From Vampirovibrio sp. (lineage in GTDB: Bacteria > Cyanobacteriota > Vampirovibrionia > Vampirovibrionales > JAJTHC01): a stretch of 64,000 nucleotides of DNA. The notes beneath the pieces are model-generated. The model worked only from the letters and a program-made list of their open reading frames with translations. It was not told the origin of the DNA and did no database searches. How positions within the stretch are numbered: position 1 is the stretch's first letter; each line of letters opens with the position of its first letter. The stretch spans positions 135,923 through 199,922 of the forward strand of contig CP050876.1 in the NCBI GenBank assembly GCA_050916035.1, given 5' to 3'. The position numbers and the translations under genes are program-made. Positions 29,663-39,016 of this stretch are shown in pieces.

Positions 29663-32094
29663 TGGGAAGCGAAGTAAGCCCCCCCCCTGCCTATTTAATG
29701 TGGCATACGCATTGGGACCGCGCGTGGTATTTGTCCTTTGAAGCGTATCAGCACCGTTTGATCGCCGTCTTAGAACGCATTGTCAACTACTTAGAAACAG
29801 GGAACATCCCTCGTTTTAGTTTGGATGGTCAGACCGCTTTACTGGCGGATGCACAGGCGGTGTATCCTGATGTAATGACCCGTTTAGGTCACTTTATTCA
29901 AAACGGACAAGTCCACGTGGGTCCTTGGTTCACCATGCCTGATACCACCTTAGTGAGTTTGGAATCCTTATTGCGGAATCTCCAAACAGGTATGGCAGAC
30001 GCCCACGCGCTAGGGTGTTATGAGTTTACGGCGTATCTTCCTGATACGTTTGGGCAACCTGAAAGCATCCCCATGCTCTTTCGAAAGCTCGGTATTCGGC
30101 ATGGCATGATGTGGAGAGGTCGTCGCTTAACAGAGGAAGACGCTCCCCTCTTTCAGTGGGTGGCGCCGAATGGAGACTCGCTACTGACGTATCAATTGCC
30201 TGAAGGCTACTTTCAAATGCCCTTGCAAGAGGTAGAGCTTCCCTTGCTTGAAGCCAAGCGAAACGCCTTAAACGCCCTGCATCAGCGCATCGAAGCATGG
30301 AAGCTCCCTGTCTTTTTGCCCTTGGGGGGGGATCACTTGGCTCCGCCTGATGCGAGCATTTTAGAAGGCGTAGACGATCTACTGCGTACGTATAAGGTGC
30401 TACACCCTGCGGAATTTATGGACATTTTAGAAACGACGATTCCCCCTGACACCTTGGAACATCGCCGTGGAGAACTCCGCGATTTTGGAGCAGGCACGGC
30501 CCCTTTACTCAGTGGGACTTTATTGTCTCGGCCGTGGCTTAAGCAGTTGAATGCTCAATGTGAATGGGGTTTAACGCAAGTGTGGGAGCCTTTACGAGCG
30601 AGACATTACGAATATGAACAGACCCACGTCAAAAACGACCTTGGGACAGACCCTCAGAATCAAAGCGCTTCTTGGCAAAGACAAGCCGAAGTCCATGCGC
30701 TAGAAGAGGCGTGGCGACTCTTGCTACTGAATCATCCGCATGACGATATTTGTGGCTGTAGTGTCGATGTCGTGCATCAAGAAGATGAAGCACGCTTTCA
30801 GAGAATTTTAAATTTAATCGACACATGGACGAGCTGGCACCGCCGAAACATGGCGCGTCTTCGACAAACCCCTGCACTTTTACCCATAGAAATACCCCCA
30901 AGCCCCCAGACCCACTTGCGTTTTGAAGAAAAAATGCCTCCTAAGCACCCGTTGAGTCTCGTTGAACAGGAGCAGACCCTCATCGATGACTGGCAGGACG
31001 ACATCACGCAAGTCCCCTTGTCGCACCGTCATGAAAGGCGTTATACCAGCACACAACAGGCCGATTGCTCTGCGCTGTCTCCTCTTAACAAGCGACAGGC
31101 CTTAGACGATTTAGAGCGTTTTCTCCCTCGTTTGTCTCTTGAAGCCTTCCAAGATGCGGGAGACAGCTATAATAGCGCCCCGATGCCTGACACGCTTCAA
31201 CGACTTTCTTTGGCCTTTAACATAGACGACACGGCCCTAAGTGCTACGGCCACGACTCAAGTCGGAGCAGATAAATGCCACGTCGTGGTGAGCATCCAAG
31301 GTGAAGGCGTGTTGGAGATCAAGGTGCATCAGCACGTTCAGACCCCAAATCAGCAAGTCAATTTAATACTGAACGCCCCTGCCTTTGCCGCTACTCATCA
31401 ACGAGACCTGCATACAGGATTTCATCACACCCCTTTATCCTCTCCTTCTCCTGAACATCGATTTGCTTCTTCTTCTGTGGATCAACACACAGGCGAATGG
31501 CAAGCCGTCGGACAGGCTTATCAAGGCGCTTTAAAATGGGAAAATACCCAAGGCGCCTGTGAATTCCTGATGATGGCGGGCCATTATGCTTATGAAGTCT
31601 GTGGGGATGATCTCATCCTACCCCTGCATCGAGGCTTTTCTCATCTGTCAGGCGGACGACTGCCCACGCGGTTTTATCCTGCAGGCCCCCCGTTTCAAAC
31701 GCCTCAAGGACAAGGGCTAGGGCGTCACCTCACCCACACGCTCCGTTGGATACCCAAGGCCTTGGATGAAGCGCACTTGGCCTTTCATCGGCATCAAATC
31801 TTCGTGCGTCCTGTTTATACGCAAGCCCCTCATTCTCCCCTTAAAAGCCTTGTGGATGAAATCCTAGATCAAGCCCCGCAGGCGTTACGCCTTAGCTCGC
31901 ATCAGTGGAGTGAGTCGCAGCACTGTTTTATCCTACGCATTCTCAATATCAGTGATGCCCCTTTAATGCTGGACTTAAGTCCTCAAGCGCTATGGTGCCT
32001 CGATGCGTGGCAAGCTCCCCTTCGCTTTGAACCCCACAAGCGTCTGTCGCTTGCACCGAGAGACTGGGCCTGCTTGGCTTTTGTGCTACAATAG
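29662..32094 (+). CDS. GH38 alpha-mannosidase-like protein
   Basis: HTHWDRAWY, LDGQT, VGPWF, YLPDTFGQ (nucleophile), NHPHDDICGCSVD; TAATG overlap with the DUF366 gene. Confidence 0.88.
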   Translation: MGSEVSPPPAYLMWHTHWDRAWYLSFEAYQHRLIAVLERIVNYLETGNIPRFSLDGQTALLADAQAVYPDVMTRLGHFIQNGQVHVGPWFTMPDTTLVSLESLLRNLQTGMADAHALGCYEFTAYLPDTFGQPESIPMLFRKLGIRHGMMWRGRRLTEEDAPLFQWVAPNGDSLLTYQLPEGYFQMPLQEVELPLLEAKRNALNALHQRIEAWKLPVFLPLGGDHLAPPDASILEGVDDLLRTYKVLHPAEFMDILETTIPPDTLEHRRGELRDFGAGTAPLLSGTLLSRPWLKQLNAQCEWGLTQVWEPLRARHYEYEQTHVKNDLGTDPQNQSASWQRQAEVHALEEAWRLLLLNHPHDDICGCSVDVVHQEDEARFQRILNLIDTWTSWHRRNMARLRQTPALLPIEIPPSPQTHLRFEEKMPPKHPLSLVEQEQTLIDDWQDDITQVPLSHRHERRYTSTQQADCSALSPLNKRQALDDLERFLPRLSLEAFQDAGDSYNSAPMPDTLQRLSLAFNIDDTALSATATTQVGADKCHVVVSIQGEGVLEIKVHQHVQTPNQQVNLILNAPAFAATHQRDLHTGFHHTPLSSPSPEHRFASSSVDQHTGEWQAVGQAYQGALKWENTQGACEFLMMAGHYAYEVCGDDLILPLHRGFSHLSGGRLPTRFYPAGPPFQTPQGQGLGRHLTHTLRWIPKALDEAHLAFHRHQIFVRPVYTQAPHSPLKSLVDEILDQAPQALRLSSHQWSESQHCFILRILNISDAPLMLDLSPQALWCLDAWQAPLRFEPHKRLSLAPRDWACLAFVLQ

Positions 32095-32173
32095 GGACGT
32101 ATCTCTTTTCTTCATGTTTTCCATAGGAACCCCTATGAAATTGTGGCAAAAGAATTAGGAAGGAATCTCCCCT

Positions 32174-32590
32174 GTGATTAAACGAACATTTCAGCGCTTG
32201 TGCGTATGGGGATTTGGTCTTGGATTGAGTCTGTGTTGGACGAACGCATGGGCAGAAATGCCTGTCGTCACCGAGCCTTCTGACGTCGAAACGAAGACGA
32301 TCGGCACCCCTGTCCCCCTTCCTTCAGGGTGGGACGCCTGCACCCCTCGACGGATTAAAATCGCCTACATCAACGGGTTACCTGTTTGGCAACGGGCCTT
32401 CTTATCGCCGTATCGCAATCTAGAATATATGCGCTACCGTCGCTGTACGAAAGCCTTAATGCCTGAAACCCAACGCTTTATGGAAGAGCAATATCCCCTT
32501 CCGTATACGCCGATTGACCCCCGCCGTTCTGTCAGTCCCCCCTTAAAGACGACGCCTACATCCCCCATAAATACCAACGAATCCCAATAA
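32174..32590 (+). CDS. Hypothetical secreted protein
   Basis: Signal peptide ending AWA; GGAAGGA RBS. Confidence 0.7.
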   Translation: MIKRTFQRLCVWGFGLGLSLCWTNAWAEMPVVTEPSDVETKTIGTPVPLPSGWDACTPRRIKIAYINGLPVWQRAFLSPYRNLEYMRYRRCTKALMPETQRFMEEQYPLPYTPIDPRRSVSPPLKTTPTSPINTNESQ

Positions 32591-32607
32591 AAGGAGTGGC
32601 CTCTTCG

Positions 32608-32895
32608 ATGTCTCATAATTTTTATACCTTTGATGTTTGGATCTTACTGGCTTTTAGTCTGGAGGCCTTATTATTGATGGCACTCATCCCGACCCTGTTG
32701 AAGGTGAGTCAATGGAACAGGACGCTTCAACGCGAAAGTACTCCCTTGTTACTAGCTTTACGCCAACAACGACGAGACATTAAAGCCTTAAAAGAAGATA
32801 TCGAACACATCGAAGGTCTATATGCCTTACCCTTTTTTAAGTATTGGCGACGGCACCCCTTGCGTTGGATTCTCACACGGTGGACGCCTCGCTAA
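32608..32895 (+). CDS. Hypothetical small membrane protein with coiled coil
   Basis: N-terminal TM followed by heptad-like segment; AAGGAG RBS. Confidence 0.6.
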   Translation: MSHNFYTFDVWILLAFSLEALLLMALIPTLLKVSQWNRTLQRESTPLLLALRQQRRDIKALKEDIEHIEGLYALPFFKYWRRHPLRWILTRWTPR

Positions 32896-33016
32896 AAGCA
32901 GTCTGCCCCTTTTTTGAAATGACCTATTTTGAAATTACCCCTTGCCTGAGTCGATGTTTTAGGCATAATGATAGATAGTTCTGCTCTCCAAACCATTTGG
33001 GGAATCTTGAAAGAAC

Positions 33017-33097
33017 GGGCAAGTGGCGGAATGGTAGACGCGCTAGTCTTAGGAACTAGTGTAGCAATGCGTGGAGGTTCGAGTCCTCTCTTGCCCA
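33017..33097 (+). tRNA. tRNA-Leu (TAG)
   Basis: Cloverleaf with long variable arm, CTAGT-CTTAGGA-ACTAG anticodon arm; CCA not encoded. Confidence 0.96.
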
Positions 33098-33104
33098 AAT
33101 ATTT

Positions 33105-33153
33105 AAAACCCCCGCTATTGAAGAATTGTCATTTCTCAATAGCGGGGGTTTTT
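33105..33153 (+). terminator. Intrinsic terminator after tRNA-Leu
   Basis: AAAACCCCCGCTATTGA...TCAATAGCGGGGGTTTTT. Confidence 0.85.
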
Positions 33154-33413
33154 AGATTTAGGATGCTGGAGCGATGTAATTATTTATTCTTTGACTCCAG
33201 AAAATATCAATATTTCAAGCCATTCAAGAGGTGCTCTCCTATTTTTGAGAACGTTGCTGTTCTGGTACGATCCAATTGGGGCAAGTTGTGTACTCCTTGA
33301 TGGAAGGTTGAAGATCTTTATTTGTTTTTGCAACTTTTGCAGGTGTTGCTTGTTGAGCTTGGGGGAGTTTCATACACTTTCGTTTAACTAAAACATATTT
33401 TTCTATAAGACGA

Positions 33414-33441
33414 ACACAAGGCTAACGAATTAGCCTTGTGT
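33414..33441 (-). terminator. Stem-loop terminator of the 33462-34535 gene
   Basis: ACACAAGGCTAA-CGAA-TTAGCCTTGTGT (UUCG loop on the minus strand). Confidence 0.7.
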
Positions 33442-33461
33442 GGTGTTGCTTATTACTTGAA

Positions 33462-34535
33462 TTAACCAAGGAATCTAAACTCAGGTCTATAGCTATAAGT
33501 CGTGCTCATCTTGCCATTTGAATAACTTGAACGTTGATCTAATTTACCCGATAAAGCGTTGATCGCTTTTTCAGTGTCGCCAAAATTACGAGTAGGGTTG
33601 TTTAATAGTCCTGTGACGGTTGCTAAATCGGCAGTGGCTTTTGCTTTAGTGGTGGCATCTGTACTGGTGACTAAGCTATTAAAAGCACCAGAAAGTCTAT
33701 TTAGGCTATCTGTTTGTTTTGTTTTAGCATCAGAGGCAGCCAGTGCAGGGTTGGTTTTATAAGCGGTTAGCTTGTCGCTATAAGTCTTTAAGTTTTTTGC
33801 TGTACTTGTTTGAAAAGATTGTGCTTGGGATAGGTCACCTTCCCACTCACTCCCATTCATAACAGCGATTGAAAACCAATCCAAACCTTTTGCCTTAGCC
33901 AAATTACGAAGATTTGTTGATTCAGTTGACATTCCTTGAATAAAAGCAATTTCGGCTTTATCCGATTCTAAATTACGAGCAAATACATCTCTACTAGCTT
34001 CTGCCCTAAATATAGCAGAATCTTCAGGCTTTAAAACACTGGTGTTCTTGGTATAGGCATAATATCTTGAAGCTAAATCAGGATTGCTTTTTAATTCATT
34101 GAGTTTGGTTGTACTTGCATTCAAAGCACTGGTTTGGTTTGCAATGTCTTTATTAATTTTGAGTAAAGCATCATAAGCCTTGTTATAATTTTGTAAAAGT
34201 CCGCCAGATTTTAAAGCATTGTCTTTATTGACAGTTTGTATACCGTTTGTCAGTGCGGTTTTTGCCGTATTAAAAGCTTGTTGTAAAATAGGCAACTGAG
34301 CGTTTAATGAATTCAAATTCGTTGTTGAACTCGTAACGGAAAAAGTCATGCTTTTTACGGCTTCTTCACTAGGCACAACAGGAGGCTGTACAGGTGGTGT
34401 TGTAGGTACAGTAGGTAGCTTTAATAATAAGGCTTGTAGTTGTTGTAGACTACTAGAACTACCGTTGAGGGATACTGTTGAAGGCGTTGTGCTAGAAGGA
34501 ATCGTGAAACTAGGTGTTGTAGGAATAATAGGCAT
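33462..34535 (-). CDS. Hypothetical coiled-coil protein in an AT-rich segment
   Basis: Long Ala/Ser/Thr/Asn/Lys-rich ORF without Cys, Pro/Thr-rich N-terminus, own terminator. Confidence 0.8.
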   Translation of the reverse strand: MPIIPTTPSFTIPSSTTPSTVSLNGSSSSLQQLQALLLKLPTVPTTPPVQPPVVPSEEAVKSMTFSVTSSTTNLNSLNAQLPILQQAFNTAKTALTNGIQTVNKDNALKSGGLLQNYNKAYDALLKINKDIANQTSALNASTTKLNELKSNPDLASRYYAYTKNTSVLKPEDSAIFRAEASRDVFARNLESDKAEIAFIQGMSTESTNLRNLAKAKGLDWFSIAVMNGSEWEGDLSQAQSFQTSTAKNLKTYSDKLTAYKTNPALAASDAKTKQTDSLNRLSGAFNSLVTSTDATTKAKATADLATVTGLLNNPTRNFGDTEKAINALSGKLDQRSSYSNGKMSTTYSYRPEFRFLG

Positions 34536-34889
34536 TGTTTTCTCTCTTATATTACTTGATATACTTTGTAACAAATCAACTCTCCAGCCATCTGGTGAAT
34601 CTGCTTTAATAAAAACAAAACGATAGGTTGAATTGCCAATCTGTTATATTTTGTTACAATTTGATTTTTGAATATGAGAGGTTATGGAAAAAGATCATCA
34701 CTCCCCTAGGTAAACCCTTTGGAGTATTCTGAAATTACAGCCAGCCCTCACCATTTTAACAGGTTTAACGGTGTGGTGTATTTTAGCGTGTCTTTTAGCA
34801 AGTAAAGCAAGACCCGGTACGCTTAAGCTTTATTAAGTCAGTTCCTGTAGAATGCTTACACCTAACTCTATCGCTCCACTTTCCTATTT

Positions 34890-35384
34890 TTAACGAGAGA
34901 AAAAGCGCCACACCCCTTCAAAGACAGCATCTAAAATGGCAAAGTCCGCCACCGTATGCGCAATATTCGCAAAGAAACGAACAAACCCATTGGGATGGTT
35001 TAAGGCATTGCGTACCGCAGGTAATTGACGCGCCCCCCCCAAGATTAACGCTGAAGCGATGGCTCCGACGGCAATGGCTCCAACATCTCCAGCAATTCTT
35101 TTATACCAAGGGAGTTCCGAACGATACACCATGGCATGCTGGTAGCCATTGAGCTTATAAGGCTGGTCCTCCTGATCTCGATTCTTCTTCCCCTTAACGT
35201 GATCTCGAACGGGGGGGTTATAGCGAAAGTCATCCGCAGGACCACGATAGAATTCATCATACCGATCTCCGTCAATGTAGGAGGCCCCATTACGCAGCGT
35301 GGGGGTTGCCCCTGACGCCACAGGAGAAGTCCCTGCATACCCATTAGGCAGTGAAAAAGGATTAGAAAGCGTCGTCATCATCAA
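34890..35384 (-). CDS. Hypothetical membrane-associated protein
   Basis: AAAGGAG RBS; disordered N-terminus and C-terminal hydrophobic helices. Confidence 0.75.
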   Translation of the reverse strand: MMMTTLSNPFSLPNGYAGTSPVASGATPTLRNGASYIDGDRYDEFYRGPADDFRYNPPVRDHVKGKKNRDQEDQPYKLNGYQHAMVYRSELPWYKRIAGDVGAIAVGAIASALILGGARQLPAVRNALNHPNGFVRFFANIAHTVADFAILDAVFEGVWRFFSR

Positions 35385-35585
35385 TGTGTCTCCTTTGCCC
35401 TTACCGTTTATTTAAACAGGTCTTTTAAATAAACACGAGCCGTTTTAATTTGATTTATACCTTAAATAGTTGGAGTCGCTAGAATAGCCCCTAGTATACA
35501 CCTTATGAGCATAAAACCAAAGACTCAATTTTTTGTGCGCCTTAGGATTTTAAGACTTTAACCATATGAAAATCCAAACAAAGAA

Positions 35586-35667
35586 AGGCTCTTTTCGTTT
35601 TAAGCTGGTGACGTCAGAGACCTTTTCGCGGAAAAAGGTCTCCAACACCTCTAAATCCGTGAACGGA
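35586..35667 (-). repeat. Dispersed structured repeat, partial copy D
   Basis: CGTCAGAGACCTTTTCGCGGAAAAAGGTCTCCAACACCTCTAAATCCGT is identical to the same stretch of copy A. Confidence 0.85.
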
Positions 35668-36298
35668 CTAAATGTTCGACGTCACGCTTTAATTCACCGC
35701 TCAAGCGTTCTTCTAAAATAGGCATGGATTCATTCACCTGTGTGTCATGACCTATTTTTAACCACTGACTATGGGTCGGGCTTTCCGTTAAAATATAGTC
35801 TTCCCCATGAATACGCAACCAATGCAGGCGCGTCCCCGTTGCTAAGACTTGTGAATCTAACGCTTGCAACCATGTGGATTCTCGGACGGCTTCAGGGGGG
35901 ATTCGATTTAAGGCAGGAGAGATGATGGCCCCTGACGGCTGCCCCCGCATCCATGGGAAGGCGGTCAACCCATCAGGCAAACGAACGGATTGCCACATGG
36001 CACGCGGTAAGGAAACGGATGCGTCAAGGTGGAGGGCTTGTACCCGACGGGCCCATGCCAAGAACCACGCTTGGCGCAACACAAAAATACCTAATCCACC
36101 CACCAATAAGGTATTAAAAAAAATCATACCCCATTGAACACCGCCTTCTCCTTCGGGGGAAGCGCTTTCGGAAGGCTTTAAAAGTTCTGCCAACGGAATA
36201 TTTTCTTCCGCATGAAGGACCTGAAGTCGAGGGCTTATCCAAGTCAAGAGACACGCCACAGTAAGTAAGGCATATAAAAAAGAAAGGGGTCGTTTCAT
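35651..36298 (-). CDS. FliO-like flagellar export accessory protein
   Basis: Signal peptide, one TM, C-terminal LQALDSQVLATGTRLHWLRIHGEDYIL resembling the FliO beta domain. Confidence 0.5.
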   Translation of the reverse strand: MKRPLSFLYALLTVACLLTWISPRLQVLHAEENIPLAELLKPSESASPEGEGGVQWGMIFFNTLLVGGLGIFVLRQAWFLAWARRVQALHLDASVSLPRAMWQSVRLPDGLTAFPWMRGQPSGAIISPALNRIPPEAVRESTWLQALDSQVLATGTRLHWLRIHGEDYILTESPTHSQWLKIGHDTQVNESMPILEERLSGELKRDVEHLVRSRI

Positions 36299-36479
36299 GA
36301 CGTGGGTCTCCATCTCTAAGGAAAATGAGCCAAAAGGGGGGTGCCCATTCTTTTTTGATTCTAACACGCACCAGCAAAGCGGTCTCTTTTCTCCTCTAAA
36401 TGTGCTAGAATATCTTCTGTAAGCCATAAAAAACGTGTCTGGTCTCCACCCTGTCTCGATTAAAGAAAGTCTTAACGCC

Positions 36480-38036
36480 ATGATTGCCAAACGAAGTGCC
36501 GCCTGCTTTTGTACCTATGATGTACGCGCGATTGTGACGCCCGATTTATTTGACGCCGTGACGTATCAACATCTAGCACAGGCCTTTGTGACGTTTGCCC
36601 AAGGGCGTCTCACATCCGACACGCCCATCACCCTTGCGATCGGTCATGACGCCCGCTTACATAGCCCCCTGCTTTTTCAGGCCTTAAAATCGACCTTGCT
36701 GGATTTAGGCGTTAATGTCATTGACGTGGGCTTACAGCCTTCGCCCATGGTGTACGCCATGGAATGGCTGGATTTACCCGAAGACCTTCCCTCGGTGACA
36801 GGGACCTTAACCGTTACCGCGAGTCATAATCCCGCCCCTTATAATGGTTTAAAATGGACCCTTCAAGGTCAGGCCCTCTCTCGAGAAGACGTTCAAAGCC
36901 TGAAGCAAATTTTCGAAGCTCAACAAAGTCAAGCTCAGCAAAGTGAACATTTACCTCTCGCCTCTTCTCATGCTTCTTTTAAAGGCTTGGGTCACTGCGT
37001 ACACTTTAATCCAATTCCTGCCTATATCGATTGGATGCGCCAAACACACCCTAGACCGAAGAGTTCCCTCAAGCTGGTTGTGGATGCAGGAAATGCGACA
37101 GGAGGACTCGTCGCTTTACCGCTCTTAGATGCTTTTGGCATTGAAGTGGTTCCCTTGTATACCGACGTGGATGGACGCTTTCCCAATCATCACCCTGATC
37201 CCTCTAAAGCCAAGAACATGGCGGACTTAATTCAAATTGTTCAAGACACACAGGCCGATTTTGGTGTTGCCTTTGATGGGGATAGCGATCGTTTAGGGGT
37301 GGTGGATGACCAAGGGCGAATTATTTCAGGTGATTTTTTGCTTTTATTGATGACACAGACCCTCATGCATCGGCTAGATAATCTGACAACCACAGCGCTT
37401 GCTCCCAAAGTGGTGGGCGAAGTCAAATGTTCCCAACACCTTTTTTCAGGGATTGAAGCCGCCGGAGCGACCGCCATTATTTCCCCCACGGGCCATGCCA
37501 AAATCAAACACACCATGACACAAGAACAGGCCGTACTTGGCGGGGAACTCAGTGGGCATTTCTTTTTCAAGGACCGCCATTGGGGTTTTGATGACGCCTT
37601 TTACGGAATGATGCGCATGGTGGAAGTCTTGGATGACGCCCGACAACGATACCATAACCCTCAATTAACCCTAAGCCATTTGGTGGATACCTTGCCCAAA
37701 ACGATTATTTCCGATGAGCTTCGTTATGCTTTAGAGGCGTCCCTGCATGAACCTGTATTAAGCCATTTAAATCAGGCTTTTCAAGCCTTACACCACGAGC
37801 AAAAACCCTTTGGCAATCAGGCGATTTTAAATCTTTCCACCTTAGACGGACTTCGACTCAATCTAGACGGTGGCTTTGCCTTGGTGAGAGCCTCCAACAC
37901 CGAACCGGTTTTAAGTCTTCGCTGGGAAGCTGCCAATGAAGAAGATTTGGATGCGAATGAAACCAAGCTCTTGTATTTGATTCATAAAGCGGTTCAACAC
38001 GCCGAAGCCGCTGCCCAAGATGTTTCGATGTATTAA
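36480..38036 (+). CDS. Phosphomannomutase/phosphoglucomutase
   Basis: YDVRA, VTASHNP, FPNHHPDP, FDGDSDR, GELSGH, VRASNTEP. Confidence 0.95.
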   Translation: MIAKRSAACFCTYDVRAIVTPDLFDAVTYQHLAQAFVTFAQGRLTSDTPITLAIGHDARLHSPLLFQALKSTLLDLGVNVIDVGLQPSPMVYAMEWLDLPEDLPSVTGTLTVTASHNPAPYNGLKWTLQGQALSREDVQSLKQIFEAQQSQAQQSEHLPLASSHASFKGLGHCVHFNPIPAYIDWMRQTHPRPKSSLKLVVDAGNATGGLVALPLLDAFGIEVVPLYTDVDGRFPNHHPDPSKAKNMADLIQIVQDTQADFGVAFDGDSDRLGVVDDQGRIISGDFLLLLMTQTLMHRLDNLTTTALAPKVVGEVKCSQHLFSGIEAAGATAIISPTGHAKIKHTMTQEQAVLGGELSGHFFFKDRHWGFDDAFYGMMRMVEVLDDARQRYHNPQLTLSHLVDTLPKTIISDELRYALEASLHEPVLSHLNQAFQALHHEQKPFGNQAILNLSTLDGLRLNLDGGFALVRASNTEPVLSLRWEAANEEDLDANETKLLYLIHKAVQHAEAAAQDVSMY

Positions 38037-38050
38037 GGCGTGTCACGCTC

Positions 38051-38971
38051 ATGAAAATCATCCCCCCTACACCCCTTACCTTGGCCTTTTTAAGTGATTA
38101 CGGCACAAGCGACCCCTATGTGGGTATTTTGCATGCGGTTGCCCTCAGTCGTTTGACCCCAAACGCTCGCCTACGAACGCAAAGGCTAGATCTAACCCAT
38201 GGTATTCCTGCCTTTGACCGACGCGCAGGGGCATGGGCCTTATTACAAAGTCTCCCTTATCTTCCCCCCCACACCGTCACGGTTGCCATTGTGGACCCTG
38301 AGGTGGGACGGCAAAGTCAAGGGGTGGCCCTGCTTTTTCGTCCCACCTTTCAACAAGTCTTTTTAGCTCCTGACAACGGACTATTAGCACCCTTGCTTCC
38401 CTTAATGCCCGATGCCCTGTCTAGATCCTTCACCCATGACGAAGTCTCCCCTTATACGTGGTTCTACCCGAGCGAAGCGGAAGCTACTTCCGCAGGGCAG
38501 ACCTTCCATGGCAGAGACGTCTATACGCCTTTGGCCTGCTCCATTTTAAATGCGTGGAGTAGTGAAGGACATCGTGATGAGGAGGATACCTTCCCCCTTT
38601 TAAAAGCCCTTTCCCGAGAACATTCATCTCCTTTACAGGGGCCTTCCCCCTTTCCAGCAGACGCCGAACGACATGGGGGCAAAATAGAAGCCCATGTCTT
38701 AAAAGCAGACGGCTTTGGGAACCTCATCACCACAGTGCCTTCCCATTGGTTCGGGGAAAAAATCAGTGCCTTACAAATCATCACGCCAGAACAGGATTTT
38801 ATTTTACCTCTATTTAAAACCTATGTAGAGGGTCAATACACGACGCCTGGCATGGCGGTGCGTGGCAGTCATGGTTATATTGAACTGGCTTATTATGGAG
38901 GCGCCTTCCCGATGAAGCTTCCTCCCGATACGACGTTGAGCATCTACCCCTTACCCACTACAGTCGCTTAA
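38051..38971 (+). CDS. SAM hydroxide adenosyltransferase / chlorinase-fluorinase family (DUF62)
   Basis: LSDYG..DPYVG, DLTHGI, IVDPEVG, APDNGLL, TFHGRDVY, DGFGNLIT. Confidence 0.9.
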   Translation: MKIIPPTPLTLAFLSDYGTSDPYVGILHAVALSRLTPNARLRTQRLDLTHGIPAFDRRAGAWALLQSLPYLPPHTVTVAIVDPEVGRQSQGVALLFRPTFQQVFLAPDNGLLAPLLPLMPDALSRSFTHDEVSPYTWFYPSEAEATSAGQTFHGRDVYTPLACSILNAWSSEGHRDEEDTFPLLKALSREHSSPLQGPSPFPADAERHGGKIEAHVLKADGFGNLITTVPSHWFGEKISALQIITPEQDFILPLFKTYVEGQYTTPGMAVRGSHGYIELAYYGGAFPMKLPPDTTLSIYPLPTTVA

Positions 38972-39016
38972 AGGGGGAGCTGATGTGTCCTTTCCTGTAC
39001 CGTTTTAGAGACGTCT

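Noticed and set aside
32892-33300. ORFs across tRNA-Leu, and 61630-61827 across tRNA-Gly
   Set aside because: Spurious translations of tRNA sequence.
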